NCBI GenBank assembly: GCA_951406725.2
Contig: OX597833.1
Span: forward strand, 19,902,001-19,966,000
DNA: 64,000 nucleotides
Reading direction: 5' to 3'
From: Octopus vulgaris
Lineage: Eukaryota
In this document: in pieces, positions 63,255-64,000 of the stretch
Position numbering within the stretch: position 1 is the first letter of the stretch
Layout: each line of letters starts with the position of its first letter
Translations under genes and position numbers: made by a program
The notes under the pieces: generated by a model
What the model was told of the DNA's origin: nothing
Database searches by the model: none
The model's input: the letters and a program-made list of their open reading frames with translations, nothing else

Positions 63255-64000
63255 CTCTAGTTTCAGCTCAGAGCTGCGGCCATGCTGATGCACCGCTGTT
63301 TTGTGCTACACTGTTATTGCAAAGAACCTCGTCTAATATGTGGCACTTGGTGAAGAATGGAGTTTGATATAGCTACTCTCATTTGCACCTCTTGCCGTGA
63401 GGTAGGTTCATCTGGGATTCTCGACAGGAAGATGTCCAGCTTTGATTTAAAAACCACTACATCTACTTTGTGCAAGTTCCTAAGACTCTTTGGGAGAATA
63501 TTAAAAAGCTGTGGGCCCTTGAAACCCAGGCTGTTGCAGAAGCTGGTCCTGAAGTGTGATGGCATTGCTGGGATCTTTGGCACTATGCAGTGTCGTCCCG
63601 TTCTAGCATTGGTGTAGCTTACAATGCCAAAATTTGGCACAATTCCTTCCAGGATCTTCCAGACATATATTACTGCATACCTCTCCCGTCTTCTCTCCAG
63701 GGAGTAGAGTCTTAGCTGTTTCAACCTTTCCCAGTAGCTGAGCTGTTGCAAAGAGATGATCTTCTTTGTGAATCTTCTCTGGATTGCTTCAAGGTCCGCT
63801 GTTAATTTTACACTGGTGGGTGACCATAGCTGTGAGCAGTAATCCAGGCGGCTGAGGACGAATGTCCGCCAGAGGACCATCATAGTTTCCTTATCTCTGG
63901 TTCTGAATGTTCTTAGGATCCACCCAGCCAGTCATCTGCACTTTGTTGCCATCCTGGTAATGTGCACTTGGAAAGAAGTATCATCACTCATGTCGATACC
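63255..64000 (-). mobile_element. CR1-like LINE 3' part, continues off the window edge
   Basis: ORF 63314-63883: SRLDYCSQLWSP...LEAIQRRFTK...YWERLKQLRLYSLERRRER...FNILP. Confidence 0.88.

Overview
AT-rich, microsatellite- and transposon-dense eukaryotic DNA; the repeat families suggest a coleoid cephalopod, probably Octopus (inference from recognition, not from a search). One clear host gene is present: a minus-strand adiponectin receptor (AdipoR/PAQR) with 6 phase-compatible coding exons between 57905 and 29892 (440 aa), plus a candidate in-frame 69-nt cassette exon at 50000-50068. The rest is mostly mobile DNA: a frameshifted Penelope-like element (PLE; RT + GIY-YIG), RTE and CR1-type LINEs, several tRNA-derived SINE families, Helitron-like elements, a mariner remnant, and piggyBac-, hAT-, mariner- and Mutator-type MITEs. 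The most notable signal is a set of minimal type-I hammerhead ribozyme motifs in short, probably PLE-derived insertions, three of them in (TA)n. Two of these insertions are large palindromes with a ribozyme on each strand, and across the set the core 3-8 base pair co-varies (C-G, U-A, G-C, plus one U.G). Coordinates were read by eye; repeat boundaries are approximate.
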